From a virus (taxonomy: Duplodnaviria > Caudoviricetes), in IMG/VR virus record IMGVR_UViG_3300032030_000040, positions 33,913 through 97,912 of that record: a DNA stretch of 64,000 bases. One strand, given 5' to 3'. The notes under the pieces were generated by a model. It was given only the letters and a program-made list of their open reading frames with translations, made no database searches and was not told where the DNA came from. Below are positions 50,197 through 60,647 of the stretch, in pieces (positions within the stretch are counted from its first letter, which is position 1; each line of letters opens with the position of its first letter). The translations under genes and the position numbers were made by a program.

Positions 50197-52196
50197 ATGA
50201 CGACACATGAGTATCTGCAGAAGCTGGGTATCAAACCCGATTCAGAAATTCAGCTCGCCTTCATGGTGGGCGAGGTACAGGAGGTGACTCACAGCTATAA
50301 GCGCATGGTCTATCACAGCACGCCAGTCTGGTGTGTTCGGAGCTGGTACAACATTGACAGGGTGAATCCTGAAGAGCGAGTGAGGAACAAGGTCCTTGAC
50401 TACGTTATCCTGAATACAGAGGTGCACGATCTGAACTGGATGAGCGGCGCCAACTGGAATATTGCCATTGACAATCATCGGATGATGATGCTGCTGGTTG
50501 TCTCTCGGGAGGAACTGGAGAAGTTCTACTGTCCCAAGCAGGCGTTAGACACTGAGGACTACATCACAAAGAGAATTATCGACGACATCAACGAGGGGAG
50601 GAATCCTTGGGTTGAGAAGCAATAAGGTAAGAGCTATGAAGATTATCGAGAAGAAAACAGAGTATGGTGGCCACGAATACAGGTTCGATAACGGCGAGTG
50701 GGTTTGCCTGTGGCCAGAGGATGAGTCTTGGGAATATCAGAAAGACCCAGACGATGAGGAAACCTACATGAGTGGGGGCTACGAGCTGGAGGGCAGCACT
50801 GTAGAGGGCTATGACGGTTGCTTCGAGCTTCCGCAGGCCGTTCAGGATGCCATGCGTGATTACGGTTACAAGTTGGACTTATAATAAAAGAGGTATGAGC
50901 AGAAGATATAAGTGGCTCTTCACAGAAGAGTGGGATGAAGGTGGCAAAAACCATGTCGCCGCCTATGGTAAGCGCAAGGTGTCTGAGATAGAAAAGCTCA
51001 GTGACCAGATGGATAGATATTCTCCTTACGACTATTGTTGCACGAATGAGAGCGACACGGAAGAGGAATACAAGTCAAGGCTTCAGGCCCGTATCAATGA
51101 CGGTGCAGAAGTGAAATACTACGATGAGAACAATAAACAGATAGAAATATGCCAGGAAAGAATAAAATAGCCCTGTTTGGTATGGGTGGAGTAGGAGGCG
51201 CTTGTGCGAAGGCTTTGCTGGCATCAGAAGCAGACTGCTTAGAGTTGAGGGAAGCCGTTGATGTTCCGCAGATAGATATTGAGACGCTCCGCAATAAGAG
51301 GCCATTTGTGATAATTGGAAAAGAGCAGTATGATGTATTGGGGCCTGTGCACCTAAAGAATCTGGAACAGAAATATGGAATCTGTATCGTAAGCGATGCC
51401 ATGCAGTTTCCGTTTCCGAAAGATGAACTTTTGGAAATGAAAGATAAGCTGAAAGATGTCGCTCTGGAAGATAAGCCTGTTCCACCATTGGTAAATATAT
51501 GCAGCAGTTCTAAGGGGCGTAGCCATCAGCAAGAGGCAAGGAACATGGCTAAGAAGAAAAAGGCCAAGCGTCGCCAACAGAAGGACGCAAGACGTAACAA
51601 TAGACGGTAGAATGTCGAGAAATCACAATTAAAAAGTTGCAGGAAACAAAATAATTTGTAAATTTGCACCCATGAATACGAAAGAACTAACAGGGAATTG
51701 GCGCAGTACTGTAGAGAAGCCAGAAGATGAGTCGATAATCTTAGTGGCCTGTGAGATTGTCGGAGGCTATAGGATTGAAGCTGCTTACTATGATAAGGAG
51801 AATGACTGCATATCACTCATCTCTGGTTATGGGGGCGGTGAAGATTTCGACATCTGGCAATGCTGGAAGTATGCAGATGAGAATACTATGGTAGGCCGAA
51901 GCAGGGAATTGCGCAGAGCAATCGAAAATTTCAAGGCCAGTTTGGCTGAAGAATCTCCATTCAAGGAATTTCTAAAGATAAACGAAGCCCTATCAAAGAT
52001 GGCTTCAGCCTCGGGAGCAACAGTAGAGCAAATGAAGGTTACGGGTGAGGCATTAGGGGAACTTGGTAAGGCCGTAGGCCCTTATTCTCAGGAAGAGATT
52101 ATGTTACGGAAAGGTAAGAAGTACTGTTGGCATTGGTGGGTGCTGGCAATACTTGTGATACTTGGACTTCTGGCCTTGGTGACTATCCTCCTGTAA
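50197..52196 (+). CDS. Run of hypothetical genes (50197-50625, ~50636-50884, ~50894-51170, 51149-51610, 51672-52196)
   Basis: Co-oriented ORFs; TAAATTTG -7-like element before 51672. Confidence 0.5.
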
Positions 52197-53426
52197 TCAA
52201 AATCCCATTTCATCAATCAGTTCGTCCATTGTCTTGTCAGAAGCAACGGCGTCGAACACCTTACGGATGGCTGCATCAGCCATCCTTTTACTTACGTGTA
52301 TATAGTTGCCGATGGTCTTACTCCCTGTCGATGTGGAGTCACCGATACAAAACTCAATGACACTTTCCTTAATCATCAGCTCATTGGCAAGCTGGGCGAA
52401 GGTCTTTCTTGCTGAGTAGTAGATTAGCCGACTGTCAATATCGCAGGCTTTGGCCACGTCCTTCAAGTGACGGTTCAGGGTTCTGGTCAAGGAGCAATAT
52501 GTCCTACCCTTATGCTTGTACTGAATCTGTCCTCTGACGATCAGACGGTCTATAAGCTCCCGTGCTTCTGGCTGTATGGTGAACTCGGTGGATTGCTCTT
52601 CAGGTCTGTAGTTCATGGTCTTTTGTCTCAGGAAGCGGATGGACGGCTTTGAGAAATCAAGGCGCATGATATCTACGAGATTCATGCCGCACAGGTAGAA
52701 GGACAGCATGAAGAGGTCACGGGAAAATGTCATCTGCTCCTTGTAGCGTCCCTCAAACTCCTTGTCTCTTATAGTGCGTAGCTGCTCTATGGTCAGGCCA
52801 ACGTTACGAATCTTGTTCTTCGGCATATCGAAGTCTCGGAATGGCATGACATCATACTGAACCTTCTTGTATCTGACAGCGAAGGCGACGGCACCACGGA
52901 GATAGCCAAGGTACATGAGCTGGGTCGTGGAGTTCAGTCCTTTCTTTGTCAGGTAGTCTCTCAGCTCAAATAGCTTCATGGCATCCAGACGCTTCAAGGC
53001 ATAGTCCTCCGGAAAGAACGGTTCAATAGCAGCAATGGCCGTATTGAGGATGCGGATGGTGGAGTCAGAGGTGGAACGGAGTTTGTTCTGTCTGTAAAGC
53101 TGGAAGGCTTCATGCAAGGTAATAGGCCTTTCACCCTTAATCCTTTCCTCTATCATGTCAAGCAACTGTGAACAGGTAAGGTAGTCTGTGTCCTCTATCT
53201 GGTCGAAGGCTTTATATATATCAGACATCTGTTTGAGTAGCTGCTGGTTTATGTATGAGGCATTGGGGATTCCAGAGACGCTACCACCGACCAAACAGCC
53301 TGGCGTGTTCACCTTAAAGCGTGTCATGAAGTAGCGAGTGGTTCCTCGATGAGACATGGCAATCCTGATTCGGTGTGTCCCATCGGAGAGCACCTTGGCT
53401 GGAAGTATTGTCGGTTTGAGCTTCAT
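52197..53426 (-). CDS. int: Tyrosine recombinase/integrase (Bacteroidales type)
   Basis: Arm-binding N-terminus; RDLFMLSFYLCGMNLVDI, YSARKTFA and NYIH motifs. Confidence 0.88.
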   Translation of the reverse strand: MKLKPTILPAKVLSDGTHRIRIAMSHRGTTRYFMTRFKVNTPGCLVGGSVSGIPNASYINQQLLKQMSDIYKAFDQIEDTDYLTCSQLLDMIEERIKGERPITLHEAFQLYRQNKLRSTSDSTIRILNTAIAAIEPFFPEDYALKRLDAMKLFELRDYLTKKGLNSTTQLMYLGYLRGAVAFAVRYKKVQYDVMPFRDFDMPKNKIRNVGLTIEQLRTIRDKEFEGRYKEQMTFSRDLFMLSFYLCGMNLVDIMRLDFSKPSIRFLRQKTMNYRPEEQSTEFTIQPEARELIDRLIVRGQIQYKHKGRTYCSLTRTLNRHLKDVAKACDIDSRLIYYSARKTFAQLANELMIKESVIEFCIGDSTSTGSKTIGNYIHVSKRMADAAIRKVFDAVASDKTMDELIDEMGF

Positions 53427-53440
53427 ATCTGAATTTCCCT

Positions 53441-53698
53441 AAAATTGTCGGACAACAAAACGGTTCGTCTGTAGCTTAAAAATGGGCTCGGACAACTGTC
53501 GGACAACGTTTTTTTGATATATTTCTATTGAGTTAAAAACTCTGGAACCTCTTTATTTTCGGCAGTTTCCCATAAACCAGAAACCTTATCAATTCTCCAA
53601 CCTCACTTTGGCTACTAAGTTTGCCATATTTATTTAGTATGCTTATTATCAATCATTTACAAATCTTATCAAAATTCTCGGACAACAAATCGGTTCGT
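53441..53698. repeat. Putative attP with integrase arm-type repeats
   Basis: TCGGACAAC x4; 28-bp direct repeat (26/28) at 53441 and 53671 flanking an AT-rich core. Confidence 0.6.
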
Positions 53699-54066
53699 GT
53701 GCGTCTTGCCATCGACACCAATTCTGCCAGTCTCTGGGGGCTATCAATCACTTCGTCAATGATAGCTTCCCTGAAATAAGGACACTCCAGAACACCGCAT
53801 TTCTCAGCATAGGTGTAAACCTTATGGAAGAGCTTGCCCTTGGCCTTGTCGGTATGGGGCATGGTGTCTGGAAGGCAGACCATTAGCCTGCATCCCCATC
53901 CTTCGACTTGGGAAGAAAGACGGCATCTGTCTTTATCCCATTTCTCACAGCATTGTCTTACGAGTTCAGTCATACCCTTCTTGGAAGTTCTAAGATTAAA
54001 CAGCGTCTTTCTTTTCAGGAACGAAGTCCTCCGCACCGAGTTTGGCACGAAGAAGGTCAAGTTCAT
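53653..54066 (-). CDS. Hypothetical protein in the lysogeny operon (true start may be ~53973)
   Basis: Lies between repressor and integrase on the - strand. Confidence 0.45.
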   Translation of the reverse strand: MNLTFFVPNSVRRTSFLKRKTLFNLRTSKKGMTELVRQCCEKWDKDRCRLSSQVEGWGCRLMVCLPDTMPHTDKAKGKLFHKVYTYAEKCGVLECPYFREAIIDEVIDSPQRLAELVSMARRTRTDLLSENFDKICK

Positions 54067-54481
54067 GTTCCCTTCTCATCAGCTCGATTTCCCTCTTGTT
54101 CAGCTCCGCTTCTTTGGCCAGAAGGCGTTCGGCCTTCTCCATGAGGTCGCTTTGCATCTGCATGGCCTTCGAGAGAATGGCAGTGGCTTCGCCTCCGGCT
54201 ACGGGGTTCTGGATGAGGTCTGCAGGAATGTCAGAAGAGAGTACTGGTCCCTCTCCAGTATAGAGGAACTCCTTGCGGACTTGTGGGAAAGCAGCCACAA
54301 TCATGTTCACCACACCAGGATTGAACTTCTTGGTACGGCCACGCTGGAGGTCATAGATACGCTGGTATGCTATGCCTGTTGCAGTGGAGAACGCTGGAGC
54401 GTTCATCTGCAGGGTGTCGAGCACTTGTGCTATGATGACTTTGGCATCGACGTTGTTCTGTGCGTATTCGCTTTCTTTCAT
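53996..54481 (-). CDS. CI-like HTH repressor
   Basis: N-terminal HTH (FSTATGIAYQRIYDLQRG), FLYTGEGP motif; divergent from lytic genes. Confidence 0.7.
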   Translation of the reverse strand: MKESEYAQNNVDAKVIIAQVLDTLQMNAPAFSTATGIAYQRIYDLQRGRTKKFNPGVVNMIVAAFPQVRKEFLYTGEGPVLSSDIPADLIQNPVAGGEATAILSKAMQMQSDLMEKAERLLAKEAELNKREIELMRREHELDLLRAKLGAEDFVPEKKDAV

Positions 54482-54578
54482 ACCTATATATATAATAATG
54501 TGAATAACCCTTTTTGGCAGTCCGTCACGGAGTGCTCAGATATTTTTTTAGTATTTCCCGTAAAAAAGATAAGAAAAG

Positions 54579-54667
54579 TTTGCGTATTTGATAAACTTTT
54601 TGTATCTTTGCAACAGAAAATAACGATAACAACGGCAAAGATAAGCATTTTTCCGTTCCTATGCAAA
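54579..54667. promoter_or_regulatory. Face-to-face lytic/lysogenic promoters
   Basis: + strand TTTG..TATCTTTG (54603-54610); - strand TATCTTTG (54636-54643) with TTTG (54664-54667); both have 20-nt spacers. Confidence 0.7.
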
Positions 54668-54764
54668 TTTGATATATACCTAAAAATAACAAAATGACAA
54701 TGAAGGTTATCATTTCTGTTAGGAAGTAGAAACCTCCCCCTCACGGGGGAACAAAATTAAAAAG

Positions 54765-54977
54765 ATGAATCGAATGACAGAAGTAAAGAAGAAACCCATC
54801 TCTGGGGAACTTCGCAAGATTGGCATCGGCGGCAAGGCCGTTTTCCCCATCGAGCAGAGAAGTTCAGTTATCACGGTTGTCAACAAGCTACGCAGGGAGC
54901 TTATCAGAAACAACTGGGACTGTGAAGTGAAGGACAACCTGAGCAAGTTTCAGGTAGAGGTAACGAGAATCCGCTGA
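54765..54977 (+). CDS. Small Cro-like/DNA-binding protein
   Basis: First gene divergent from repressor. Confidence 0.5.
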   Translation: MNRMTEVKKKPISGELRKIGIGGKAVFPIEQRSSVITVVNKLRRELIRNNWDCEVKDNLSKFQVEVTRIR

Positions 54978-55330
54978 TGAAGGAACTGAGCGACACCGAG
55001 GTTTGCGTAGCCGAGCAGTATTGCCACGGGCTGACAGACAAGGAGATTGCCGATGTCCTTGACAAGCCGATCTGGACTGTCAGGACGCACAAGAAGCATA
55101 TCTACAAGAAACTGTCTATCGCCTCTACGCATGAGCTTGTGCTGTATATGGTGTCACGGTATGTCGGCAAGGCTTGGGATGCAAAGGAGGTTAGGCGCAT
55201 GGGCCTGGCTGCATTGCTCACATTGCTCATGCTGCTGCACATCACCATTGTAGAGAACAAGGACGTGTACCGTCGTGGTCGCAGGGTCGAGGTGGAAATG
55301 GAAATGAGGATTGAAGATGCAGAACGTTAG
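54977..55330 (+). CDS. LuxR-type HTH protein
   Basis: GLTDKEIADVLDKPIWTVRTHKKHIYKKL. Confidence 0.85.
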   Translation: MKELSDTEVCVAEQYCHGLTDKEIADVLDKPIWTVRTHKKHIYKKLSIASTHELVLYMVSRYVGKAWDAKEVRRMGLAALLTLLMLLHITIVENKDVYRRGRRVEVEMEMRIEDAER

Positions 55331-55556
55331 CGGAATGGCCGTCATGGCCCAGAAGTACCAGTCAATCATCGAGAGAACGGAGGACATGACTTTCTCTTGG
55401 GCTGTGGCCGTGAAACTCGTAGGAGGCAAAAAGAGACTGGAGAGGCTGATGCTTGAGGAAAAGGTCAGGTACGACAAGCCGTTTGGAGCAGCAAACACCA
55501 GATGGAAGTTCGCCGCCAGCGATATTCTAAGGAACGTAAAGCCGCTGAGCACCTAA
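55311..55556 (+). CDS. Excisionase-like small DNA-binding protein
   Basis: AVKLVGG..RLERL...WKFAASDIL. Confidence 0.45.
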   Translation: MKMQNVSGMAVMAQKYQSIIERTEDMTFSWAVAVKLVGGKKRLERLMLEEKVRYDKPFGAANTRWKFAASDILRNVKPLST

Positions 55557-55702
55557 AAGTTAAACTTTCTAAAAATGACTTTCAGGGTGTCTGAGGATGG
55601 TCTGAATCGTAGAAAAAACGACCTGAGATTAGAAAAAATGCGATGGTTGCAGAAACTTATCAAAGATACAATATTTGTTTAACATTTTAACGATATTACA
55701 TT

Positions 55703-56767
55703 ATGGGTTTAATCAAGAAAAAGAACGAACTGGACGTAAACGTCCGTTTGAAGATGTTGATTTACGGTCAGCCTGGTATGGGTAAGACCACGTTGGCGCT
55801 CAGTGCGCCCAAACCTCTGCTCGTTGACTTTGACGGCGGTATCAATCGTGTGGACTATGAGTTTATCAAGGACACCGTTCAGGCCGAGAAGTACGAGGAC
55901 ATTCTTGACCTGTTGAACAACGAAGACCTGTCCGACTACGAGACACTGGTAATCGACACAGGCGGCAAGCTGCTGGACGCTATGGCCGAGTACATCATCA
56001 AGCAGTACCCGAAGATGGCCAAGCGTAACGGCTCACTCACTCTGGAGGGCTTCGGACAGCGCAAGCGTGAGTTCAGTGACCTTCTGAAGCTCATCGACAC
56101 AAAGAAGAAGAACGTCATCTTTGTAGCCCACCGTCAGACGGAGAAGAACGGTGACGTTACGAGGTATGTCCCACTGTTCGGAGGCTCCAATTACGACAGC
56201 CTTGCTACAGAGCTTGACCTTATCGGCTATCTGGTTGCAGATGACCGCAAGCGCACCATCACCTTTGACCCGACTTCTGAATCAGAGGGAAAGAATACCT
56301 GTAATATGCCGTCGGTAGTGGAATTGCCCAACCTGAAGGATAAGGACGGGAACGTGGTCGGCATAAACAACTTCCTTGAAGAGAAGGTTTTCAAGGCTTA
56401 CCGTGCCCGTCTGATTGAGCGTTCTACTGAAGGTGAGGCATACACGAAGCTCATGGAGCAGATAGATGCAGACATCGAGACGATCGACTGTATCGAGGGT
56501 GCCAACAACTACAAGGATAACGTGAAGACAGGCTATGACCATATCGGAAACTCGCTTGCCGTAGCACGTCAGAAGTTCTTGGCCAGAATGAGCAAACTTG
56601 GCTTCGTGTACAACAAGGATAAGAAGGAGTACGAGCTTCCTTCTGAGCAGCCTGCACCAGCAGAGGCTCCGGAGCAGAAGCAGGAAGAGAAACCAGCTAA
56701 CGGAAACAAGCCAGCAGATGAGCCACAATCAGGAAAACAGACCAAAGGAGCAAAAGCAGGAAAGTAA
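55703..56767 (+). CDS. AAA_24/Sak4-like ATPase (single-strand annealing recombinase)
   Basis: GQPGMGKT Walker A, LVIDT Walker B. Confidence 0.8.
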   Translation: MGLIKKKNELDVNVRLKMLIYGQPGMGKTTLALSAPKPLLVDFDGGINRVDYEFIKDTVQAEKYEDILDLLNNEDLSDYETLVIDTGGKLLDAMAEYIIKQYPKMAKRNGSLTLEGFGQRKREFSDLLKLIDTKKKNVIFVAHRQTEKNGDVTRYVPLFGGSNYDSLATELDLIGYLVADDRKRTITFDPTSESEGKNTCNMPSVVELPNLKDKDGNVVGINNFLEEKVFKAYRARLIERSTEGEAYTKLMEQIDADIETIDCIEGANNYKDNVKTGYDHIGNSLAVARQKFLARMSKLGFVYNKDKKEYELPSEQPAPAEAPEQKQEEKPANGNKPADEPQSGKQTKGAKAGK

Positions 56768-57542
56768 TTTCTGCTTCTATGCTACGTTGCTGGACGCCTT
56801 CCAGAACTATCTCGACACAGACGAGCTGTGGGAGAAGTTCTGGGGGCACTCAGACGACCCGAAGATGACCTACGACGAGTATGCAGACAAGCAGTTCGTC
56901 GAGATTATCAACCGAATCAACCGTGTGCCATTCACGAATGATGCGGTTGAGAAGGGTACGGCGTTCAACAACATCGTGGATATGCTACTTGACGGGAAAA
57001 CGGATAACGGCCAGTTCCTCTTGCAGACTGATGATGAGAAGCAGCTCATCACCATAAGCGAGAGGGAGATAAAGGTTGATGATGACGGCCAGCCATCCGA
57101 GACATTAATCAACCAGAGGTCGTTTTCCCTTCCTGTCGTTAAGGAGTTTGTCAATTACTATGAGGGTGCCATGAAGCAGTACTTCACGAAAGGCGTCCTT
57201 GATACCTGTTATGGAAACGTCGAGCTGTACGGGTTCATCGACTATCTGCTTCCGTTCAGCATCCATGACATGAAGACGGCTAAGAGCTATTCTGCTGGTT
57301 CCTATCGGAAGCACTGGCAGCATATCGTCTATCCGTTCACTCTTCAGCAGAATGGAATCGAAATCAGCAACTTCGAGTATAACGTCACGAACTTCAGGGA
57401 AACGTTCACGGAGCTGTACGTGTTCAAGGCTGAGAGGGACGTCCCGAGACTCAGGGATATGTGCGAGAGGTTCATCGGTTTCCTTCTGAATCATAAGGAC
57501 TTGATTACAGACGAAAAGATATTCAACTATAGAAAGGTATAA
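56718..57542 (+). CDS. PD-(D/E)XK exonuclease-like recombination protein
   Basis: KGTAFN...YGFIDY...IHDMKT...WQH.VY. Confidence 0.7.
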   Translation: MSHNQENRPKEQKQESNFCFYATLLDAFQNYLDTDELWEKFWGHSDDPKMTYDEYADKQFVEIINRINRVPFTNDAVEKGTAFNNIVDMLLDGKTDNGQFLLQTDDEKQLITISEREIKVDDDGQPSETLINQRSFSLPVVKEFVNYYEGAMKQYFTKGVLDTCYGNVELYGFIDYLLPFSIHDMKTAKSYSAGSYRKHWQHIVYPFTLQQNGIEISNFEYNVTNFRETFTELYVFKAERDVPRLRDMCERFIGFLLNHKDLITDEKIFNYRKV

Positions 57543-57543
57543 T

Positions 57544-57969
57544 ATGGCAGACAGTAAGTTAGTTGGCTCAGTGAATCTGGGCCGTTTGGAGAATGTAGGG
57601 GTCATGAACGTCAAGGGGAAAACAGCCACAAAGAAGTGTCTGGTCATCCCCATTGAAGAGAATGATATCTATGTGAAGGTTGAGGAAAAGACCAACGAGC
57701 AGACGGGTGAGATTACTATCTCGAAGCTCTATGCCCTTGGGATTGAAATCATGGAGAAGCGTGAGCCAGACCAATGGGGTAACGTGTGCTATGCCAAACT
57801 TGCCACAAGCAAGGAGTGGATAAACGCACATACTCCGCAAGAGCTGGAGGCACGTAACAAAGTGTACCTTGGAAACTTCAAGTCCGTTGCTATACCAAGC
57901 AGCAACCAGGCATCAACGATGGAAGCTCCGACAATGGAGGCAGACCAAAACGATGACTTGCCGTTCTGA
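57544..57969 (+). CDS. Putative single-stranded DNA-binding protein
   Basis: Acidic C-terminal DDLPF tail; position in recombination module. Confidence 0.65.
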   Translation: MADSKLVGSVNLGRLENVGVMNVKGKTATKKCLVIPIEENDIYVKVEEKTNEQTGEITISKLYALGIEIMEKREPDQWGNVCYAKLATSKEWINAHTPQELEARNKVYLGNFKSVAIPSSNQASTMEAPTMEADQNDDLPF

Positions 57970-58376
57970 TGGGAAAGGTGATCAGACTTGAAAAGAGCCC
58001 CTTCGGAAGTACGAAGCTAAGTTCCTCGCTTGTCGAAGCGGTTGACGCACTGCCTTGTGGAAAGTACGTTATCCTAATCGAGAAGCAGGGCTTTGCCCGT
58101 ACCATGTCGCAGAATCGGCTGTTCTGGATGTGGATGGCCCAGCTGGAATACTGGTCAGGTACGCCAAGGAAGGTGTGGCACGACCATTACGTCTCGCTGT
58201 TCATACCGCCATACAAGCATGGTACCAGCGACCTGAGTACTGAGGCCATGAAGCACTTCATGAACCAGATACACGCCGATGCGCTTACGGAATGGGGAGT
58301 AAACCTTCCCCTTCCTGATGATGAAGATGACAACGATACTTTCTATGAGTTCGTTGACGAGTTCAAGTTTAAATAG
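57969..58376 (+). CDS. NinB-like protein
   Basis: RTMSQNRLFW...TSDLSTEAMKHFMNQI...LPLP. Confidence 0.7.
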   Translation: MGKVIRLEKSPFGSTKLSSSLVEAVDALPCGKYVILIEKQGFARTMSQNRLFWMWMAQLEYWSGTPRKVWHDHYVSLFIPPYKHGTSDLSTEAMKHFMNQIHADALTEWGVNLPLPDDEDDNDTFYEFVDEFKFK

Positions 58377-58405
58377 TTATTCACAAATTAAAAATCAAAA
58401 GCATT

Positions 58406-58900
58406 ATGAGAAGTAGAACAGCAGAATGGTTTGAAGTCAAAATCCGCTATGAGAAAGTCATGGAGGATGGCTTACAAAAGAAGATTACCGAGAAGTACAC
58501 TGTTGACGCCCTGAGCCATACAGAGGCAGAAGAGCGCATCACCGAGGAAATGTCAGCGTACATCAGTGGCGAGTTTGAGGTCAAGGGTATTGTTCCGGCA
58601 TCCTACAAGGAGATATTCTTCTCAGACAATGAGAACGACGACAAGTGGTATAAGGCCAAGCTCCAGTTCATCACCATTGACGAGAAAACTGACAGGGAGA
58701 AGCGTTCAAACGTTTATTATCTAATTCAGGCAGGCTCGTTTGGTCAGGCCGTGAAGCACATTGATGAAGTCATGGGAGGAACCATGATTGACTATGTGAT
58801 AGCGTCTATGGCCGAGACTACGCTGATGGACGTTTTCGAGTACAAAAAGAAGTCTGATGATGACGTCGTTGACGGCAAAATGAAGGCAGCTGGTGAGTAA
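58406..58900 (+). CDS. DUF4494-like protein
   Basis: WFEVKIRYEK...VDALSHTEAEERI...ETTLMDVF. Confidence 0.75.
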   Translation: MRSRTAEWFEVKIRYEKVMEDGLQKKITEKYTVDALSHTEAEERITEEMSAYISGEFEVKGIVPASYKEIFFSDNENDDKWYKAKLQFITIDEKTDREKRSNVYYLIQAGSFGQAVKHIDEVMGGTMIDYVIASMAETTLMDVFEYKKKSDDDVVDGKMKAAGE

Positions 58901-60161
58901 GTTCGTCCTCAGAGACTATCAACAGCAGGCCAGCGATATAGCGGTAGATTTCTTCCGATCGAAGGCTAAAGGGAACGGCATTATCGTTGCCCCAACGGGC
59001 AGCGGTAAGTCGCTCCTGATTGCTGATATTGCCAGACAGCTAAACGGAAGCGTCATTGTCCTTCAGCCATCGAAGGAGATTCTCGAGCAGAATTTGGCAA
59101 AGCTGCAGAGCTATGGAGAGACTGCAGAGGTCTATTCGGCTTCCATGAAAAAGAAGAACATCGGCAGAATCACCTATGCCACCATCAAGAGCGTCATCAA
59201 TCATCTGGAACTGTTCGATGAGTTTGCAGCCGTCATCATCGACGAGTGCCATGAGGTCAATTCGGAAGGTGGCCAGTATAAGGATTTCATCGAGAAGGTT
59301 CCTCGAAAGGTTCTGGGCCTGACAGCGACTCCATACAGGCTGTACGCTTCCCAAGGTATTGAGGTTGACGGGAAATACAAGCCTAACGGTTCCTTCAAGG
59401 ATGAAGACTATTTCGATGAGTACGGAATCCCGAAGAACGGAGCCGTGCCAGCCAACAGGTGCATCCTGAAGTTCCTGACTCGGACACGACCCCGTATCTT
59501 CAGTAGAATACTATACAATATCGGTATAGACACGCTTCTGCAGCAGGGCTACCTTGCCCAGCTCCGATATTTCCCGATAAACGTAATCAATCCGGCCAAC
59601 GTTCGGAAGAACAGCACTGGCAGAGACTATGATGAGAGGTCTTTGTTTGCTGAGTACGAGAGGTGTTCGCTGAATCAGCAGCTTGCGTCCATCGTAAAGC
59701 GGTTGCTCAATCCGAAGGACGGAGTGCCAAGAAGGGGCATACTGGTATTCACCAGATTCATTGCAGAGAGTGAAGCCCTCTGCCGTGCCATTCCTGGCAG
59801 TGCGGTCCTGACTGGAGAGACCAAGCCGAAGGAGCGTAAAAGGATAATCGAGGACTTCAAGAGCGGAGCGATCAAGGTACTTGCAAATGTCGGAGTCCTG
59901 ACAACAGGATTTGACTATCCAGAGCTTGACACTATTGTAATGGCCTGTCCCACGATGTCGCTTGCCAAGTGGTATCAGTGTGTTGGGCGCATAATAAGGC
60001 CGTTCCCAGGGAAGAGAGGTTGGGTGGTTGACCTCGGAGGCAATATCGAGCGTTTCGGTTACGTGGAGCATCTTCGCCTGTGTGAGCCGAAGCCAGGTAT
60101 ATATGTCATCAATGGATGGGTAAACGGAGAGTGGAAACCACTGACAAACGAATATTTCTAA
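58893..60161 (+). CDS. SF2 DEAD/DEAH helicase
   Basis: LRDYQ, PTGSGKS, DECH, TATP, QCVGRIIR. Confidence 0.92.
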   Translation: MSKFVLRDYQQQASDIAVDFFRSKAKGNGIIVAPTGSGKSLLIADIARQLNGSVIVLQPSKEILEQNLAKLQSYGETAEVYSASMKKKNIGRITYATIKSVINHLELFDEFAAVIIDECHEVNSEGGQYKDFIEKVPRKVLGLTATPYRLYASQGIEVDGKYKPNGSFKDEDYFDEYGIPKNGAVPANRCILKFLTRTRPRIFSRILYNIGIDTLLQQGYLAQLRYFPINVINPANVRKNSTGRDYDERSLFAEYERCSLNQQLASIVKRLLNPKDGVPRRGILVFTRFIAESEALCRAIPGSAVLTGETKPKERKRIIEDFKSGAIKVLANVGVLTTGFDYPELDTIVMACPTMSLAKWYQCVGRIIRPFPGKRGWVVDLGGNIERFGYVEHLRLCEPKPGIYVINGWVNGEWKPLTNEYF

Positions 60162-60646
60162 TGGCTACGAAATCATCAAAACAATCATTCAACAAGAGGT
60201 TGCTTGCAGCTATTGTGGCAGGTAAGGATAAGACAAGTGTTCCTGCGTGGGTCATGAAGGAGAACGGCCAGACAGAGAGCGAAATCCAGCAGGACTGCCT
60301 CCAATGGTTTGCGGCACAGTACCCTGTTCTATGGCAGGAAGGTATGCTCTTCCACATTCCCAATGAGGGCGTCCGTCTCGGGAAGATGGGTGCGAGGATG
60401 AAGAGGGAGGGAATACGCAAGGGGGTGGCAGACCTTTGTCTGTGCATCCCTCGCTGTGGTTATGGGGCTCTGTATATTGAAATGAAGAAGCCTGGAGGCT
60501 ATCAGAGCCCAGAGCAGAAGGAATGGCAGCGGAACTGTGAGAAATACGGCAATCTCTATGTTGTCTGCAAGTCACTGGAAGAATTTAAGGAAATAGTAAC
60601 AAAGTACCTCCGTGGTGAATACCAGCGTGAGGTCAAGAAGAAATAA
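60161..60646 (+). CDS. VRR-NUC nuclease
   Basis: ESEIQ...FHIPNEG...GVADL...IEMKKPGGYQSPEQ. Confidence 0.85.
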   Translation: MATKSSKQSFNKRLLAAIVAGKDKTSVPAWVMKENGQTESEIQQDCLQWFAAQYPVLWQEGMLFHIPNEGVRLGKMGARMKREGIRKGVADLCLCIPRCGYGALYIEMKKPGGYQSPEQKEWQRNCEKYGNLYVVCKSLEEFKEIVTKYLRGEYQREVKKK

Positions 60647-60647
60647 T

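Noticed and set aside
53834-54697. 287-aa + strand ORF
   Set aside because: Antisense shadow of the repressor that runs through the promoter region; no motifs.
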